Shown piece by piece: positions 59,168 through 64,000 of a stretch of DNA of 64,000 nucleotides. Source of the DNA: Chrysomallon squamiferum (taxonomy: Eukaryota > Animalia > Mollusca); NCBI GenBank assembly GCA_012295275.1, contig CM022671.1:1426001-1490000 (forward strand). Reading direction: 5' to 3'. The position numbers and the translations under genes are program-made. Position 1 is the first letter of the stretch. Each line of letters opens with the position of its first letter. Under the pieces are notes generated by a model. The model ran no database searches. It saw only the letters and a program-made list of their open reading frames with translations, and was not told the origin of the DNA.

Positions 59168-60787
59168 TTACATACATACATATGCATATATAAACTTATT
59201 TAATTGTCAGATTATTATGGACGTGGTTTATGATACAAATAAACAGCAGTTGTAAATATTTAAAATTTATTCAGGCCATTTGGTTGTATGACGATAAAAC
59301 TGAATGTAAAGCACACCACAGATTACAAATGACATATCTCTTTATCTTGAAATACAGCAGCCTTGTAATGCTAGAATTATCTAAAGATAAAATATACCAG
59401 GATGCAATACTCAGATTAAAGTCAAAAGAATTATTTTTCCTTTTTTGAATAACATAATTTTTTTTTACATTTCTACAGTTATAATAACACTTCTCACTGC
59501 TATAGAATGAATTCTATGTTATTTTATGCTAGCTTAGACTTTATGCATTTTATTCTATAAGGTTATGGTGCAGCAAATGTGCAATTTATCTTTTCAAATT
59601 TATGGTAATGTGTTGTGACACATTTCATATGTATAAAATAGGTTTTAATCATATGAGGTTCTAGTTGGGTAGTGTTTATTTTTGTTTATATATATTTATA
59701 GCCAATTAAACCATTTCTGTTGTGTGGTGTTTCTGACCTGAAAAAAAATGTTTTAACAAAACAATGGCATCAAGACCAGGCAGTGATGAATTTGTTTTTA
59801 TCAGCTCTGATCTTTTAACTTAATGCATTCTATTTTTTGTCCATGAGAAAAACCAAAGAAAATTTATTTAAAAATAGAAATAATCTTTCAAATTCCTTCC
59901 TTGTTTAAAAAAGAAAAAAGAAAAAATATATCATGAAAACCTTAAGTAAGATAAAAAGATAAACAATTACTCATACTCAGTGTCATCTGTATTTACTTTA
60001 TTAATGATAATCTTGTTTCTGGTGCTGAATTAAAGTGAATATACAATACATCTACTAGCAATGATCAAATGTATTATTCAATATTTAATTCCTTAAATGA
60101 TTACTCAACCTATCATTCACATTTGCATGTTTCAATACATAGGCAAAATCAGTTAATTATCATAAAAACCATTTGAAACCTAATTTTCTTAAACAATATT
60201 CAATTTGTTATTATTATATTTTAATAATTTTCAAACTTTAAATTTAAAAATGAAATAATCACTTTTTCAAGTATATCTTAAATACTTGTTACATGAATTA
60301 ACTAAAGCAACACTGGATAAAAAAAAAAAAAAAAAAAAAAAAATGCTTTTATGCTTTTTTTAATCCTATAACCATTTGACAAAACCCCAAACGAACCCTC
60401 ACACAAACACTCGTTATCTTAGATAACAAAGGGCAATAATCACCAAGTGTATTCGTAATTTCTGAAAAAATAAAGAAAATAATAACAAAACAAATAGAAC
60501 TCAAAATCTAATTATTTCTTTTCATAACGTTAATTAATAACATTAATACACTACACTTTTACACCATTTTCATATTTAAAAAAATATAAAATAAAATATC
60601 CCCACCCCTCCACCTACTTCAATAAACCCCGCAAAACCCGATAATCTAAAAACTATCAAATTACGCTGGGTCGGAGTAAACTGAGTGGTTTACATCGTCT
60701 GCTGTGTCTGAATTAAACCAGTCTGGTGAAGAAAACACGTTGTTGTCTCAGAGACGGGGTACGAAGTAAAACAAAGACGCTACTTAC

Positions 60788-60940
60788 AGAGATGTTATTG
60801 GCAGCAGGAAGGAAGAAGAATATCGCGACAGTTCTCCACCGCACGAGACACAGAAGACTTCGCGACTGCGATACAGAAATCCGTTATCGGCTGAAATAAT
60901 GTCCGCGTTCAGTCACGTGACGGCATCGAATGGCACGTGC
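60788..60940 (-). promoter_or_regulatory. Candidate promoter and non-coding first exon of the gelsolin-like gene
   Basis: CpG-rich patch; donor TCT|GTAAGT at 60787; acceptor ttccag three nt before the ATG at 58553; E-boxes GTCACGTGAC (60912-60921) and GCACGTGC (~60933). Confidence 0.5.
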
Positions 60941-62513
60941 GACATATTTCTCATAAAGTGGCGTCTGATACATAAGTGGAAAATCTATTATTTGAAATTA
61001 ACTGACTATAAATGAGCAAGTCCTGTTATTGTTATTATTTATTTATTGTAACTATTCATACGTATGTTCTTTTCGTTTTCTTTTTCTGTTTGCAAATTTC
61101 AAATGTTATTATAGTAATATAAATTTTGTATACCTGTAAGGGCATGGGTGTATAACAGTTGTTTATCCTATTTTTGTTACAGCTAAAATTTGTTTTTTTA
61201 AAGCATCCATTTCAACTAATCGATATGGTTGAAATACAAAACTATATGTTTGCCGTGATATATATATAAAACCCAGTTTATTCAATCGATCAGTGTTGTA
61301 TTTTATTATACTGGTAACAGTAAATACATATGCGTGAGACAAATAGCGTGTGTGTTGACTGAAATACAGAGAATGAGAGAGAAGTAGAGATACTCTGATA
61401 ACACTCTGGTTTTCAACCTTTTTCTTACCTCGGCCTATTATGGCAGATGACCCCCTTTAAAAATTTTGGTTCAGTAATATCTAGGGTTGCCATATTTTCA
61501 TCAACCAAAGACAGTACAAAAGGAATCTGTATTCACTATGACGGTTCCCAAACCTATCTACACATTTTTATTTGTTCTTGCTTCCAAGTCAAGTTGAAAA
61601 AAGCTATAACATACCCTCGTTCAAGAACGATCTCGCGACCCACAGAAAAAAGGCTGGTTCAGTTAAAAACCTATGTGACAGCAGACAGATACACAGAGAG
61701 ACAAAGAGAGAATGGACAGTCAGAAAAGCACAAACGGAGAAAGAGACACACTAGCTGTTCAATCACTGAAGCAACATCAGTAATATTAATAGTACTGGTG
61801 GTGGTAGCAGTAAACAGAGTAAGAATTGCAGCAATAATGTTGGTAATAGTAATGGTGATAGCAGCAATAGTAATAGTAGTGTTAGTTGTTGTAGCGGGAA
61901 TGAAAAGAAAACTAGCTGACGTAACAGTTTTACATGATTATTGTAATAGTAATAATAGCAGCAGCAACAACAAATATAATAATGTTTTAAAGAAATAATA
62001 AAAACAAAAATTAAAAATTAAATTAAAGAAAAAATTTAAAAAAATTAAATTAGAGAAATATATATTTTTTTAAAATAGCTATTAGTAAAAATTGTCAAAT
62101 CAGACTGAGGTACTACAATCGTAGGAATTTAATACTTTGCCAAAATGGAAACAAAAAACCTTTTCAGACCGAGGCACTAGCTATTTCTATAATTACGAAG
62201 ACGTGATTAAAATACAATCGCTACAAAGTCACATATATATGTATATGTGTGTGTATATCACTGTGTTTTATCACTTAAAATAGTTAACAAAATATGTACA
62301 AAAGCAAAATTATGGTGTTTAATAAAGAGTAAACTGGAGAATTATCGCCGCGTCTTTCAAGAGATTTCAGTTTGTGATAGGAAACTTGAAAACCGGTAGT
62401 TTTATACAAGGATTGAATCTTTATTGCCTGCTTGCTTATTTATTTATTTATTTATTTATTTATTGTTTATTTATTTAGTTGTTTGGTTTGTTTGTTTGTT
62501 TATTTATATTTTC

Positions 62514-62548
<35 letters not shown>

Positions 62549-62877
62549 TGCTATTATTTATTTATTTATTTATTTATTTTTTTTAGATAAACGCATTATT
62601 AAATGTATTATTTGATTTTCATTTGATGTATTTTGTTTTGAAGACAGAGATAAATGTTGTTCACACGGAGAAAAAAACATCATGTTCTGTTAAACTATAA
62701 TGTGCAATTTTAGGTCGGATTTTCAGCTCGCGAAAAACTCTCAGAGGGCGTGTCTGATTTATTTAACCGTTTTATTATGATGATGATGATCATTATTATT
62801 ATTATTATTATTAAAATTATTATTATTATTATTATTATTATTATTGTTATTATTATTATTAAAATTGTTATTAACCG

Positions 62878-62913
<36 letters not shown>

Positions 62914-64000
62914 AATTGTTACTTTAATAATATTATTATAGTTATTATTAGTAAACTGTTGTTGTTGTTTGTTTATTTTTTTTTTTTTTTTTTTCTAAAA
63001 TAAAACAAAGTTTAACTGATAAAGTTGAAGTTTCAAAAGAATTTGTAAAATTGTGTGTTAAGATGATGGCACATATTAAATTATAGTGTGTTTTTTTGTT
63101 GTTTTTTAAAATTATTTTTATATAAATTAATCCAGAAATATTTGTTTTGTAGTATTATTCTGATTCTGATTATTATTATTATTATTGTCGTTGTCGTTGT
63201 TGTTGTTGTGTTGTTGTTGTTCTTAAATGTACCATATATTCAACAAGACCAAATTTAAAATAATAGTAATAATAATAACTTGTATATAAATAAGTTAATA
63301 AATACAAATTTTAAAATCTTGTAAGAAATGATCCAAATATTTTGTTCTGCAAACATTTCCTTTGAGCTTCATTTCTACTTATATCATTAAGTTATTTATT
63401 TATTTATTTATTTATTTGTTTATTTGTTTGTTTATTTGTTTGTTTATTTATTACTATTTTTAAAGTTGTGGTCTCAGATATTTTTATTGTCAGTGTTAAA
63501 TGTGCAATATATATCAATATGATTACCATTTTTGGTATTACTGACATCATTAATACTGTTACTATTCTTTTTTATTTTATTTCCATTTTATTTTTTAATT
63601 GTTTCCAGTCTTCATCCTCTTCTTTTTAATATTGTTATTTTTATTTGTATTACTGATTCTACTGTTGTTATTGTTATTGCATTGTATGGTAGCACTTTGC
63701 AGTCTAATTTTATCTTCGTAACTCTACAACAACAACGACATCTATAATAACGAGAACAACATCAGCAGAACAATAAACACTACTACTACTACTACTACCA
63801 TTACTACACTACTACTACCATTACTACACTACTACTACCACTACTACTACTTATATACTGATACTACTACTACTACTACTACTACTAATAATAAAAAATT
63901 AAAAACATTTACACCGGACAAACTGAAACACAACTAACACTCGCTCTTTTATTCTGTATAGCTCATCACAAAGGGCAGTTAATTCAGTTTACACCGGAAC

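Noticed and set aside
61447-61998. 183-aa ORF with a hydrophobic stretch
   Set aside because: No recognisable motif or supporting exon structure; the hydrophobic part comes from (GTA/ATA)-type low-complexity sequence.

Overview
AT-rich, microsatellite-dense animal genomic DNA with spliceosomal introns. The gene content (intron-containing USP, short severin-type gelsolin, Asp-rich secreted proteins) suggests a lophotrochozoan, probably a mollusc; this is inference and the species was not determined. I reconstructed the following by hand from splice sites and intron phases. (1) A 20-kb cluster of six secreted-protein loci from two unrelated families. Three are highly acidic Asp/Glu-rich paralogs (A-, B+, C+), with A and B forming a head-to-head inverted duplication. 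Three are single-TSP1-domain mini-protein loci with an 18-nt micro-exon (D- probably decayed, E- with an Asn/Tyr tail, F+). (2) A 4-exon universal stress protein gene. (3) A complete 10-exon SLC22 transporter with an apparently duplicated promoter/first exon. (4) A gelsolin-like gene with three oddities: its exon-5 end plus splice donor is amplified about 29 times as a minisatellite, one intron needs a GC donor, and most of domain 3 is missing or scrambled. There are many minisatellites, most with internal palindromes and several starting at 5' splice sites, plus one MITE. No tRNA, rRNA or CRISPR was seen. Most ORFs in the supplied track are microsatellite artefacts.
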